DNA of 63,839 nucleotides, counting the filler, from Deltaproteobacteria bacterium (GTDB lineage Bacteria; JAUYMQ01): NCBI GenBank assembly GCA_030698575.1. It is 11 parts of 11 records of this genome, joined end to end, with 100 filler letters (N's around TTAATTAATTAA, not from the genome) between each part and the next. Parts side by side here need not be neighbours in the genome. Positions count along the whole stretch, not along the records: positions 37,296 to 41,493 come from JAUYMQ010000355.1; positions 41,594 to 45,749 come from JAUYMQ010000356.1; positions 45,850 to 52,806 come from JAUYMQ010000239.1; 8 more parts are not named here. One strand, written 5' to 3'. A program made the translations under genes and the position numbers. Of this stretch, positions 40,362 to 50,887 are shown one piece after another; positions within the stretch are counted from its first letter, which is position 1, and each line of letters opens with the position of its first letter. Under the pieces are notes generated by a model. It was given only the letters and a program-made list of their open reading frames with translations. It made no database searches and was not told the origin of the DNA.

Positions 40362-40429
40362 GCATAAAGATTTGAACAACGGAATCTTTGGAAGACGGGC
40401 ATAAGATTTGAGCATAAAGATTTGAACAA
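40362..40429 (+). repeat. Three AT-rich direct repeats GCATA(A)AGATTTGA(ACAA)
   Basis: Copies at 40362-40379, 40399-40411 and 40412-40429. Confidence 0.85.
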
Positions 40430-40462
40430 AAGATTCTTGGTTAGCCACAACGTGGAGGCAGC

Positions 40463-41493
40463 ATGATCGGACAGGGCGGACAGCTCATTGCGCGGGCGCT
40501 GAAGAACGAGGGGGTCGACACGATCTTCACGCTCTGCGGCGGGCACGTGTTCGCGATCTACGACGGGTGCATCGACGAGGGCATCAAGGTGGTCGACGTC
40601 CGGCACGAGCAGGCGGCGGCGCACGCGGCCGACGCCTGGGGGCGCATCACCGGGACCCCGGGCGTGGCGGTGGTGACGGCGGGCCCCGGCGTGACCGACG
40701 CGGTCACGGGCGTGGCGAACGCCTGGCGCGCCTCGTCGCCCATGCTCTGCATCGGCGGCCAAGGCCCCTTTTCAATGTTCAAGAAGGGGGCGCTCCAGGA
40801 GATGGATCACGTGGCGCTCATGGCGCCCATCACCAAGTGGTCGGACCGCTGCTTCGAGACGCGCCGGCTGCCCGAGTACGTGGCCATCGCGATGCGCCAC
40901 GCGATCACGGGCCGGCCGGGCCCGGCGTTTCTCGAGGTGCCGCTCGACGTCATGATCAGCAGCTCGCCGATCGACGAGGTCGAGTTCCCGACGAACTACT
41001 ACACGAACGCCAAGAGCTACGGCGATCCCGAGTACGTAGAGATGGCCGTGAAGCTCCTTCAGAGCGCGCAGAAGCCGGTCGTCATGGCGGGCTCATCCGT
41101 CTGGCTCGGTCGCGCGCAGGACGCGCTTCGCCGCTTCGTCGAAGAGGCGGATCTGCCGGTCTATCTGAACGGCATGGGGCGCGGCTGCATGCCGCCCGAC
41201 CACCCGAACTTCTTCAGCCACACACGCGGCTTCGCGCTCGACTCCTGTGACGTGGCCATCGTGATCGGCACGCCGCTCGATTTCCGGCTCGGCTACGGCA
41301 AGTCGATCCCCGAAAACGCAAAGATCATCCAGATCGACATCGACCCCCTCGACATCGGCGTGAACCGCGGCGCCGACGTCGGCATCGCCGGGCACGTGGG
41401 CGCGATCCTCGATCAGATCGTGAAGGCGATCCCCGAGATCGCCGGCCCGCGCGAGGGGCGGCGGCACACGGGGTGGATCGAGGAGATCCGCGC
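40463..41493 (+). CDS. TPP-dependent enzyme (acetolactate synthase / 2-hydroxyacyl-CoA lyase-like), 3'-truncated
   Basis: FTLCGGH, DVRHEQAA, TAGPGVTD, GALQEMD, DFRLGYG. Confidence 0.9.
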
Positions 41494-41593
41494 NNNNNNN
41501 NNNNNNNNNNNNNNNNNNNNNNNNNNNNNNNNNNNNNTTAATTAATTAANNNNNNNNNNNNNNNNNNNNNNNNNNNNNNNNNNNNNNNNNNNN

Positions 41594-41726
41594 GCTCTTG
41601 GGAATCCCCTCATGCCGCTCGGACGGCGAAGAGATGACTCTGGCAAGACCAGATCCCAGGCGAAACCCAGGAACGGCACCGAAGAAGACAAGGGCGAGCC
41701 CTTGCATCCCGGCGCGCTTTCAGAGA
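41594..41726 (+). mobile_element. 133-bp non-coding end of a multicopy element (probable IS110/IS1111 right end), copy 2
   Basis: Identical to 37296-37428; followed by a different REP copy (41727-41756) cut at the same position. Confidence 0.65.
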
Positions 41727-41872
41727 TGCGAGGAACGAAGCGACGAAGCAATCCCCTGCGCGCTCGGCATCCTTCTCGGCGGCGGAGCCCGCGTGGGTCC
41801 CGCTGTCTTGACGCTCTCCGGGTCCGGGTCTACCGTGAGCGGCGCCGGCGGAAGAAAGGAAGGAGGCTCCTC

Positions 41873-42643
41873 ATGGGGTCCGATATGGTGCATGTCGAGC
41901 GGGACGGGGCGATTGCGATCTGCCACCTCGATCGTCCACCCGCGAACGCGGTCGACATTGCCTTCGTGGACCGGATGGCGGAGATGTTCGAGCGAGTGCT
42001 CGCGAAGGACGACGTCGGGGCCGTCGTGCTCACGGGAAAAGGCGCGTTCTTCTCGGGCGGGCTCGATCTGAAGGCTGTTCCCGCCTACGGCCCCGAAGAG
42101 CAGCGCGCGCTCATCGAGAAGGTCAACGCGATGGTCACGCGCATCTACGGCTTTCCGCGTCCCGTCGTCGCCGCCGTGAACGGCCACGCCGTCGCGGCCG
42201 GCCTCATCCTCATGCTTACGGCCGACTATCGCGTGGGGACCGATGCGCCCTGTAAGATTGGCCTCACTGAAGCGCGCGTCGGCATTCCGTTTCCGGCCGG
42301 GCCCATGGAAGTATTGAAGGCCGAGGTGACGCCGCACGTGGCGCGCGTGCTCGCGCTCGAGGCGCGCAACATCGGCCCGGCCGCGGCCCTCGAGAAAGGG
42401 CTTCTCGACGAGCTGCAGCCGCCCGGTCGCGTGCTGCCACGGGCACTGGAGGTAGCGCGGGATCTCGCGGGCATTCCCTCCGAGGCCTATCGCCGGATCA
42501 AGCGCCAGCTTCGCGGCGATACGCTGGCCCGGATGGAGGCGATCGTGGCTGAACGATCCGATCCGATGCTCGAGGCCTGGATCCCGCCGGGCGCCGCGGA
42601 GGCGTCGGCCGCTGTGCTCAGGGGGACGGGGGGAGGCGGCTGA
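41873..42643 (+). CDS. Enoyl-CoA hydratase/isomerase family protein
   Basis: FSGGLDL, VAAVNGHAVAAG, GLTEARVG; SD AGGAGG. Confidence 0.92.
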   Translation: MGSDMVHVERDGAIAICHLDRPPANAVDIAFVDRMAEMFERVLAKDDVGAVVLTGKGAFFSGGLDLKAVPAYGPEEQRALIEKVNAMVTRIYGFPRPVVAAVNGHAVAAGLILMLTADYRVGTDAPCKIGLTEARVGIPFPAGPMEVLKAEVTPHVARVLALEARNIGPAAALEKGLLDELQPPGRVLPRALEVARDLAGIPSEAYRRIKRQLRGDTLARMEAIVAERSDPMLEAWIPPGAAEASAAVLRGTGGGG

Positions 42644-42668
42644 GCGCGGGTCGACTGAAGGGGGGGAC

Positions 42669-44615
42669 GTGAAAGGCTGGCGCGGGATTCTGATCGGGCT
42701 CGCTCTGCTGATGCTCGCCGGGTTCGCCCTCGCGCTCGGGGGCGCCTGCGACCGGGCATCCGAGGGGAGCCTTCTCGCCGGCGATCGCGTGCTCCTCATT
42801 ATTCTCGACGGAACGAACGAGGCTGTCTTCGCCCGCATGCTGCACGCGGGAAAGCTTCCGCACTTCGCGAAGCTGCTGGAACCCGGCAAGGACGGCCGCA
42901 GCCGCGGCGTGTACACCGCCGCCACCGGCGTCTGGCCCAGCACGACCGGGCCCGCCTACGAGCCTTTTCTGGCCGGGATCTTTCCCGAGAAATCCGATCT
43001 CTCCGGCATCCGCCAGTACCTCCGCGACCAGATGGCCTTTCGCGCCTACATCGGCTGGGAGACGAACGCCATCAGCGAGGAGCTGTCGCGCGAGTTCCCG
43101 ATCATCTATGAGGTCCTCGGCCCCGAGGACACTTTCAATCAGCAGGGGTTCGTAACGCGGCGCGGGTGGCGCGATGACGGCCGCGTCATCCGCCCCTTGC
43201 ACGAGAACTACATCAGCGTGCCGGGGGCCATCGCCCGATACGGGCTCGGCCACGTTCCCCAGAACGATCTCCAGAACACGCTCTCGTTCCTCAACTACAC
43301 AACGCCCTGGTTCGACCGCGAGAAGTTCCTCGCACTCGGCGCCTACGAGGGCTCCTACTTCAGCTGGGGCGCCGCCGCGCAGGCGCGGGCCCTGGCCGAG
43401 GCCTTGGTGGGCCTGGCGGGTTTCGAACGCGTGGCGCGCCGGAAGGATCTGGGCGCCTGGCGGCTCGGCTACCTGCCGCGGTTTTCCATGATCTCGCTCC
43501 ACCTTCCCGACGACACCTCCCACAACGACGGCATGGGGGAGGTTTACGAGAAGGCCCTCGGCAAGGTCGACGAGATCTTCGGAGCGCTCTGGGCTGTGTA
43601 TGACCGGGCGGGGGCCCTGGACGATGTCACGGTGATCGTCTCTGCGGATCACGGCACCAGCCCGGTGGGAGAGGACGAGGCGGTGCATTTCGATCTCATC
43701 GCGGAACTAACCCGCGACACGGGCGTGCCGATTCATGATTCGATCAGGCGCATGTCCGATGACTTCAACGAGACCTGGCGGGCGGGGGAACACCGCCGCT
43801 GGGCCGGCATCGCCGCGGTTTCGGGGAATGCGAACGTCCAGATCTACCTCAGGAAGCCCGGCGCGGCGCTCGACGACTGGCGCGCCCGCCCGGGCTACGC
43901 CGATCTGGCCGCCTACACCGCGGGTGTGGAGGGTGCGCCCGAGGCGGCGCCGGTCGATCTCGTCGAGACACTGCGGCGATACGAGGCCGTCTCGCACGTG
44001 TACGCCGCGGACCGCGAGAACGCCGCCTATCATGTCTTCACGGCAGAGGGGGAGGGGGCCATCAGGGTCCGTCCGGGTCCCGCGGGGCAGCGTGCCTATG
44101 CTTACGCCGTGGTCGCCGGGCCGGATCCGCTCGGTTACACGGGCTTCGAGCTGACCGCCCCGATGATCGGGAAGGGCGCTTTCTACGACGGCGACGTCTG
44201 GGCGGCGGCAACGCGTGAAACGAACTTTCCCGACGGCATCGTCCAGATCGTTCAGCTTCTCGAGGGGAAGAACACGGGCGATATCGTCATCGACGCGGCC
44301 CCCGGCTTTGAGCCCTGGACGCAGATGCAGCGGGGGCTTCACGGGGCTCTGCGGCGCGAGCACATCGCGGTGCCGCTGCTCATTCACGGCCCCCGCCTCA
44401 ACGTCGCAAAGGCGAAGTACGTCTTCGCCCAGGGCCGGCTTCCGCGCACCGTCGATATCTATCCCACGTTGCTCGCGCTCCTCGACGTCACTCCTCCGGG
44501 CCGGATTCGGTGGGAAGTCCCGCGCCTCGGCGGGTTTCTCGGGAGCGAAGCGCGGGAGGCGGCCGTGAGAACCGACATTGATGGAGAGGAACTCGACATC
44601 TGGATGAATAAGTAG
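42669..44615 (+). CDS. Alkaline phosphatase superfamily (NPP/phosphodiesterase) protein
   Basis: IILDG, PSTTGP (Thr nucleophile), DDTSH, SADHG, HGAL; signal peptide. Confidence 0.85.
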   Translation: MKGWRGILIGLALLMLAGFALALGGACDRASEGSLLAGDRVLLIILDGTNEAVFARMLHAGKLPHFAKLLEPGKDGRSRGVYTAATGVWPSTTGPAYEPFLAGIFPEKSDLSGIRQYLRDQMAFRAYIGWETNAISEELSREFPIIYEVLGPEDTFNQQGFVTRRGWRDDGRVIRPLHENYISVPGAIARYGLGHVPQNDLQNTLSFLNYTTPWFDREKFLALGAYEGSYFSWGAAAQARALAEALVGLAGFERVARRKDLGAWRLGYLPRFSMISLHLPDDTSHNDGMGEVYEKALGKVDEIFGALWAVYDRAGALDDVTVIVSADHGTSPVGEDEAVHFDLIAELTRDTGVPIHDSIRRMSDDFNETWRAGEHRRWAGIAAVSGNANVQIYLRKPGAALDDWRARPGYADLAAYTAGVEGAPEAAPVDLVETLRRYEAVSHVYAADRENAAYHVFTAEGEGAIRVRPGPAGQRAYAYAVVAGPDPLGYTGFELTAPMIGKGAFYDGDVWAAATRETNFPDGIVQIVQLLEGKNTGDIVIDAAPGFEPWTQMQRGLHGALRREHIAVPLLIHGPRLNVAKAKYVFAQGRLPRTVDIYPTLLALLDVTPPGRIRWEVPRLGGFLGSEAREAAVRTDIDGEELDIWMNK

Positions 44616-44725
44616 CCCCGATTCGGTTCCGGGGGAGCCACACCCGCGTTGACCGCATGAGTTGCCTGCAACAAATAGGTACGCGATGAGAAGGCGATCT
44701 GAAGGTGACCTGAAAGGAGGCCGCA

Positions 44726-45160
44726 ATGCTCAAAGAGTTCAAGGAATTCGCACTGAAGGGGAACATGTTCGACATGGCCGTGGGCATCATCCTCGGCGCG
44801 AGCTTCGGAAAGATCATCAGCTCGCTTGTGAATGATGTCCTGATGCCGCCCATTGGCATGGCGCTCGGCAATGTCGATTTTTCGAAGCTCTTCATCAATC
44901 TGTCGGATACGGCCTACGCGACGCTCGCGGCGGCCCAGGAATCCGGTGCGCCCACGATCAACTATGGGGCCTTCATCAACGGCGTCCTCGATTTCGTGAT
45001 TGTGGCCTTCGTGCTCTTCCTTATTATCCGGCAGATGAACCGGATGAAACGGGAAGAGGAGGCGCCTGCGGCGGCGCCGACGATGAAGGAGTGCATCTAC
45101 TGCCTCTCGTCGATTTCGATCAAAGCGACCCGCTGCGCGCACTGCACCGCGACGCTGTAG
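44726..45160 (+). CDS. mscL: Large-conductance mechanosensitive channel with C-terminal CxxC..CxxC
   Basis: [37 protein letters not shown]. Confidence 0.96.
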   Translation: MLKEFKEFALKGNMFDMAVGIILGASFGKIISSLVNDVLMPPIGMALGNVDFSKLFINLSDTAYATLAAAQESGAPTINYGAFINGVLDFVIVAFVLFLIIRQMNRMKREEEAPAAAPTMKECIYCLSSISIKATRCAHCTATL

Positions 45161-45849
45161 TCGCTGTTTTGCCACGGGGCGCATGCCCGTGGGGGCCCCC
45201 GGGAGCAATCCTTTCCCGGGGGCCGTTTTGCGCCTGGCGCCGGGTGTCACAGGCGGGTGATAAACGAAGAAGCAGGCCCCTCGGACGAGCCGCCGCCGGG
45301 CCCGGCGCTTCCCCCCCGCCAGTATTTCTTGACCGGGTCCGTCCGATCGGGTTTTCCTGACTGAAATTCTCCAGAGAGGCTCCCTGCCGTGACTGGACTG
45401 TCGCCCATATTCGAGCCGCTGCGGAAGGCGCGTCGCGCCACAACGCATCCGTCGTGCATGCGTCCGGATCGTCGGGCGGCGCCCGATGCGGGCGAGGCCG
45501 CCTGGGTCGCCTTTCTGGCCGAGGCCCGGGCCGCGCTCGAAGCGAGCGGGAACTGGAATGGAAAGAACGGGAGAGCAATCACGAGGCGTTTTGCGGCGTC
45601 GCTGGCCGCGCGCTTCGGCGCCTGTCCGGAGAGCCCGCGCGGGCGCAGGCGCGCGTCCACGACAGCGGCGGACGAGGGCCGGCATGTGCGGGCGTGGCTC
45701 GGCGGCTGGATCTTCGTGCGCCACGATGCGTCAGCCGATCCGGCGGCGCNNNNNNNNNNNNNNNNNNNNNNNNNNNNNNNNNNNNNNNNNNNNTTAATTA
45801 ATTAANNNNNNNNNNNNNNNNNNNNNNNNNNNNNNNNNNNNNNNNNNNN

Positions 45850-46524
45850 GACGAGGCGCGGCACGTCGAGGTCTACAGCCGCTACCTCCACGACAAGCTG
45901 GAGCTGGCCTATCCGATCCCCCCCACCCACCATCACTAGCTGAACGACGTCATCACCGACAGCCGCTGGGACATTACGTACCTCGGCATGCAGATCCTAA
46001 TCGAGGGGCTGGCGCTGGCGGCCTTCGGGCTCATCCGGGATCTCGCCCAGAACAAACTGGCGAGCTCGCTGAATGCATACGTCATGCAGGACGAGTCGCG
46101 GCACGTGGCCTTCGGGCGGATGTCGCTGGCGGACTACTACCCGCAGCTCAGCGATCACGAGCGGAAGCAGCGCGAGGAGTTCGTCGTCGAGGCGAGCTAC
46201 CTCATGCGCGACCGCTTCCAGGGCGAGGAGGTCTGGGAGCAGCTCGGGCTTCCCGTGAAGGAGTGCGTCGCCTGTCTGGACAAGTCCGAAATCATGAGGG
46301 AGTACCGAAAGATGCTCTTTACCCGCATCGTGCCGACCATCAAGCACATCGGGCTCTGGGGCCCCACGGTCCAGAAGGCCTATGCCGACATGGGCGTGAT
46401 CGACTACGCGGACATTGATGTCGTCGGGCTGATGGAGCAGGACGACCAGTACGCGATCAACCTCGACGCCCAGAAGCGGGATGTCGAGGCGACCATCGAG
46501 GCCGGCCGGGCGGTCAACGCCTGA
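45850..46524 (+). CDS. Ferritin-like diiron protein (AurF-like), 5'-truncated, with in-frame TAG at 45937
   Basis: DEARH and DESRH diiron motifs, IEGLAL; one frame interrupted by a single TAG. Confidence 0.8.
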
Positions 46525-46554
46525 AGCGGGCGACTTGAAGTAAACCGAACGCCG

Positions 46555-46590
46555 AAAGGAGGGCCGGCGATGATGCCGGCCCTCTTTTTG
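46555..46590 (+). terminator. Intrinsic terminator
   Basis: GAGGGCCGGC/GCCGGCCCTC followed by TTTTT. Confidence 0.75.
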
Positions 46591-46606
46591 ATCCAGGAGA
46601 GATACC

Positions 46607-47416
46607 ATGCCGAAGGTCAAGGTCAGCGACGTCTCGCTCAACTACGAGATGATGGGAGAGGGATCGCCGGTGCTCCTCGTGACGGGGCTGGGGGCCGACA
46701 GCCTGGCCTGGGCGATGAACGTCCCTAGCTTCATGGGATCGCACCAGGTCATCACGGTCGACAACCGGGGCATGGGGCAATCCGACAAGCCGCAGACGCC
46801 CTACACGATCGAACTGATGGCCGACGACACCATCGGGCTCCTCCGCCACCTCGACCTGGGGCCCGTTCATCTGGTGGGGCAGTCGCTCGGCGGCATGATC
46901 TGCCAGCAGGTCGCCCTCAAGGCGCCGGACCTACTCCGCTCGCTCGCGCTCGTGACCACGATCGCGCGGGTGCCGAAGGCCGGCGAGCTTCTCACCGGGC
47001 TCTGGTGCAGGAACCTCGAGGAGCTGGGCATCGAGGCCTTCACCGATTTCGTGATCGCCTTCACGATGGCCAGCGAGTACATCGAGAATAACTACGAGGG
47101 GCTGCTGGTATTCCGGCAGATGATGCTCGACTACTGGAAGATGAATCCGGTCGACCCCGTCTGCTTCCGCCGCCAGACGGAAGCGTCGCTCGGGCATGAC
47201 GTGCTCGACCGGCTGAGCGAGGTGTCGACGCCGACGCTCGTCGTGGCCGGCGAGGCGGACATTCTCATTCCCCCGCGCTTCTCCGATGCGATCGCTGCGA
47301 AGATCCCCGGCGCCGAGTACACCATCATGAAAGGCGCCGGGCACGGGCTGAACGTGGAGCAACCGGGGCAGTTCAACCAGCTGCTGCTCGAGTGGTTCGC
47401 GAAGAACGAGAAGTGA
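46607..47416 (+). CDS. Alpha/beta hydrolase (PcaD-like)
   Basis: DNRGMGQS, GQSLGG, GEADILIP, GAGHG. Confidence 0.92.
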   Translation: MPKVKVSDVSLNYEMMGEGSPVLLVTGLGADSLAWAMNVPSFMGSHQVITVDNRGMGQSDKPQTPYTIELMADDTIGLLRHLDLGPVHLVGQSLGGMICQQVALKAPDLLRSLALVTTIARVPKAGELLTGLWCRNLEELGIEAFTDFVIAFTMASEYIENNYEGLLVFRQMMLDYWKMNPVDPVCFRRQTEASLGHDVLDRLSEVSTPTLVVAGEADILIPPRFSDAIAAKIPGAEYTIMKGAGHGLNVEQPGQFNQLLLEWFAKNEK

Positions 47417-47434
47417 CAAGCGGGTCGCCAGACC

Positions 47435-47652
47435 CGCATGTCATTGCGAAGCGGGCCGCCCGAGGTCCCGCGCGAAGCGCGGGCCGAGAACTGGCCGATA
47501 CGACCCGACGAAGCAATCCCATGGCAGCCGCCCGCATGTCATTGCGAGGCGGGCCGCAGGCCCGACGAAACAATCCCGTGGCAGCGCCACCGGTCCCGAG
47601 CACGAAGGGGATTGCTTCGGCGCCCCTCCAGGGCGCCTCGCAATGACATGCG
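47435..47652. repeat. Cluster of three REP-like repeats (two direct, one inverted)
   Basis: CGCATGTCATTGCGA...GA(A/G)CAATCCC twice, then GGGATTGCTTCG...CTCGCAATGACATGCG. Confidence 0.88.
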
Positions 47653-47923
47653 CTTCCACCCGGTCTTTGCGAGGCCCGAGGTTCCGCGCGAAACCATCGC
47701 ACGCTTTGCGCCCGGCGCCTCCGTCCGTCTCCGAACGCGCAAGTTTTTCTCCAGCGATCCCCGCGTCATATTGTCGGCGCCCGTAAACATTCATCGTTTC
47801 CAGCGAAGTCGCGATTGGCGCAAAAATTGCATGAAATTGCCCCATTCGGAGGGGGTCGCTAGCCGCGGACGGCGCTGACGGGTCCGGGGTACACCAAGAC
47901 CGGCTTCGAGCAGAGGGGTCCGT

Positions 47924-50887
47924 ATGAGGCCCATGGGTGACGATCGATCGCCGCAGCGGGGAATCGACCGGCGCGAGTTCCTGAAGGCCGCCGGCGCCGC
48001 GGGTTTGTCTCTCGCCCTGCTCCGTCTGGAGATCGGCTCGGCCCGCGCCGGAGCGGACGCTTCGGGGGCTGCAAACGCCGGTCCCGCCTACGAATCCTGG
48101 GAAGACATCTACCGGAACGAGTGGCGCTGGGACGCGGTTCACTGGGGCTCGCACACAAACCAATGCGCCCCGGGTGGTTGCTCTTTCCGCGTCTATTCGC
48201 GCGACGGTATCGTGTGGCGTGAGGAACAGGCGGCGCGCTCCGGCCAATCGAACCCCGCCTATCCCGACTACAACCCACAGGGCTGCCAGAAGGGCTGCGG
48301 CTTCCACCACCTGCTCAGCAGCCCGGAGCGCGTGCGCTACCCCCTGAGACGCACGGGCGAGCGGGGCGAGGGGAAGTGGAAGCGCATCAGCTGGGACGAG
48401 GCGCTCACCGAGATCGCCGACGCCATCCTCGACGCCCACGAGAGCCACGGCACCGAGAGCTTCGTCATCGACGCCCCGCACATCCACGCGGGGACCGTGG
48501 CGCTCTCCGGCGCCGGCCGGCTCGTGCGCATCCTCAATGGGGTCATGCCGGATCTCAACGTCGCGATCGGCGACGATCTGAAGGGCCTGCTGCAGACCTT
48601 CGGGAAGATGCATCAGGGCTACACGGCCGACAATTTCTTCGACGCCGAGCTGATCATTCTCACGCAGACCAATCCCTCCTACACCTGGCCCTCGAGCTAT
48701 CACTTCATGACCGAGGCGCGGTACAACGGCAGCGAGATCGTGCTGCTGGCGCCCGACTACAACGCGTCGGCGGTCATGGCTGACGTGCACCTCCCGCTGC
48801 GCGTCGGTACCGACGCGGCCTTCTGGTTGGGGGTCTGCCAGACGATCGTCGCCGAGGATCTTCACCAGCCCGACTTCATGCGGGAGCAGACCGATCTCGC
48901 GCTGCTCGTTCGAAAGGACACCGGTCGCTATCTGCGCGCTACAGAGGTCGACGGGGGGAGGGAAGATCAGCTCTATTTCCACGATCTCGCTTCAGACCGC
49001 ATTGTCGAGGCGCCCCGGGGAACCTTGAAGTTCGACGGCGAGCAGGCCCTCGCCGGGACCTACGTCGCGAAGCTCTCTGACGGCAGCGAGGTCGAGGTGA
49101 CGCCGGCCTTCACGCTGCTGCGCGAAAAGCTCGACCGCGAGCACACTCCCGAGCAGGCTTCGAAGATCTGCGGCATCCACCCGGACGTGATCCGCTCGCT
49201 TGCCCGCAAGGTGGCGAGCAAGCGCACCTGCAGCTTCATCGGGTTCAGCTCGGCCAAGCACTACCACGGCGATCTGATGGAGCGCGGCCTGCTGCTGGCG
49301 ATGGGGCTGACCGGAAACTGGGGGAAGCCGGGCACGGGCTTCAACTGCTTCCTCATCCCCGACACGGGCTTCAAGCTTCTCTCCGCCATGGATGCGCCCA
49401 CCGACCGACTTGGCATCCTGCGGCTCGCGGCGCCGGAATATGCGAAGACCCTCATGATGAAGCTCAAGGACTGGACCATCACCGAAGAGCTGATGAGCAT
49501 GGAGATCGAGTCGCAGGTCGGGCGCGATGCCGGCTCGATCCTTCCGGTTTACTTCCTGTACCACCATGCGGGCTACGATCAGCTCTGGAACCGCGCAGAC
49601 TGGGACGACCCGGCCCTCGATCGGACCTTCGGGGAGTACCTCGATGAGTCGGTGCGGCGCGGCTACTGGGACCGGCAGCAGACCGGCCCGGGACCGGAAG
49701 AGCCGCCCCAGGTGCTGATGCTGATGGCGCACAACCCGCTTCGAAGGCAGCGAAGCGGCCGCCAGATGTACGTCGAGAACCTCTTCCCCAAGCTGAAGAT
49801 GCTCTTCGCCATCGAGACCCGCATGTCCTCGTCGGCGATGTACTGCGATATCGTCCTGCCCGCCGCCTGGTACTACGAGAAGGCCGACATGACCCTGACC
49901 TTCGGCCTGAACCCCTTTACCTGCCTCATCGAGCAGGCAGTGAAGCCGCAAGGCGAGGCCAGGCCCGAGTGGGAGATCATGACGGCGCTGATGAGCAAGA
50001 TCGGTGAGCGCGCCGCGAAGCGGGGCATGACGACCTTCAGGGACCGGAAGGGAAAGACCCGGCGCTACGCGGATCTCCACGACCGGTTCACGATGGGATC
50101 CCGCATCACCAATCACGAGGAGGCGGTGCGGGAGCTGGTTTGCATCTCGGAAGCCACCGGGGTGTTTCCCAAGGGGTACAACTACGAGAAGCTGCGCGAG
50201 GACGGACAGGTTCGCTTCAGCGGGCTCGGGAAGGGCTATGCGGCGCAGGCCGCCGCGAACGACGTCGACATCGGGAGGCCGTTCTACTCCCTCCGGTGGC
50301 ACGTGGAGGACAAGCGCATATACCCGACCTACGCGCGACGGGCGCAGTTCTACATCGATCACGAATGGTTCATGGAAGCCGGCGAGGCGCTGCCGACGCA
50401 CAAGGAAACGCCTCCGATCGGCGGCGTCCATCCGTTCAGGCTGGTCAGCGGGCATAGTCGAAACAGCGTTCACACGCTTCACGCCGCCACGCCCCACTTC
50501 CTCCGGCTGCATCGCGGGCAGCCGGTGCTCTTCCTGAACGACCGGGTGGCCGCGGAGCGGGGGATCGCCGACGGCGAGATGGTGCGCATGTACAACGACG
50601 TCGACGACGTGGAGATCATGGTCTCGACCTCCGCCGCCGTCGGTCCGGACCAGGTCGTCATCTACATGTGGGAGCCCTTCCAGTTCAAGGGCCTGAAGTC
50701 GCACGACGCGATGCTGGTCGGCACGCCCAAATCGATCCAGCTCGCGGGCGACTACGGCCAGCTGCGCTACCAGATCACCTCCGGCTCACCCTCGCCCTCG
50801 AACGACCGGGGTTTGCGCGTGAACATCGCCAGGCTCGGAGCGGCGGGGTCGCTCTCGCCGGCCGGCGGAGCCCGGAGTCAGGCATGA
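47924..50887 (+). CDS. ebdA: Ethylbenzene dehydrogenase-like molybdoenzyme alpha subunit (DMSO reductase type II)
   Basis: Tat signal DRREFLK, GSHTNQC...GC, DYNPQGCQKG, IGD Asp ligand, RRAQFYIDH. Confidence 0.85.
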   Translation: MRPMGDDRSPQRGIDRREFLKAAGAAGLSLALLRLEIGSARAGADASGAANAGPAYESWEDIYRNEWRWDAVHWGSHTNQCAPGGCSFRVYSRDGIVWREEQAARSGQSNPAYPDYNPQGCQKGCGFHHLLSSPERVRYPLRRTGERGEGKWKRISWDEALTEIADAILDAHESHGTESFVIDAPHIHAGTVALSGAGRLVRILNGVMPDLNVAIGDDLKGLLQTFGKMHQGYTADNFFDAELIILTQTNPSYTWPSSYHFMTEARYNGSEIVLLAPDYNASAVMADVHLPLRVGTDAAFWLGVCQTIVAEDLHQPDFMREQTDLALLVRKDTGRYLRATEVDGGREDQLYFHDLASDRIVEAPRGTLKFDGEQALAGTYVAKLSDGSEVEVTPAFTLLREKLDREHTPEQASKICGIHPDVIRSLARKVASKRTCSFIGFSSAKHYHGDLMERGLLLAMGLTGNWGKPGTGFNCFLIPDTGFKLLSAMDAPTDRLGILRLAAPEYAKTLMMKLKDWTITEELMSMEIESQVGRDAGSILPVYFLYHHAGYDQLWNRADWDDPALDRTFGEYLDESVRRGYWDRQQTGPGPEEPPQVLMLMAHNPLRRQRSGRQMYVENLFPKLKMLFAIETRMSSSAMYCDIVLPAAWYYEKADMTLTFGLNPFTCLIEQAVKPQGEARPEWEIMTALMSKIGERAAKRGMTTFRDRKGKTRRYADLHDRFTMGSRITNHEEAVRELVCISEATGVFPKGYNYEKLREDGQVRFSGLGKGYAAQAAANDVDIGRPFYSLRWHVEDKRIYPTYARRAQFYIDHEWFMEAGEALPTHKETPPIGGVHPFRLVSGHSRNSVHTLHAATPHFLRLHRGQPVLFLNDRVAAERGIADGEMVRMYNDVDDVEIMVSTSAAVGPDQVVIYMWEPFQFKGLKSHDAMLVGTPKSIQLAGDYGQLRYQITSGSPSPSNDRGLRVNIARLGAAGSLSPAGGARSQA

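Noticed and set aside
45090-45160. MscL C-terminal zinc ribbon as a novelty
   Set aside because: A common MscL variant.
45389-45749. Short ORFs at the end of the mscL contig
   Set aside because: No frame has a recognisable motif or start signal; cannot be called.
45919-45939. In-frame TAG in the diiron protein as pyrrolysine or stop-codon recoding
   Set aside because: It lies within 90 nt of a contig end in a garbled stretch (PPTHHH*), TAG is a normal stop elsewhere in the window, and no pyl genes are seen; sequencing error is more likely.
47435-47652. CRISPR array
   Set aside because: Repeats are in mixed orientation with variable cores, no regular spacers and no cas genes.
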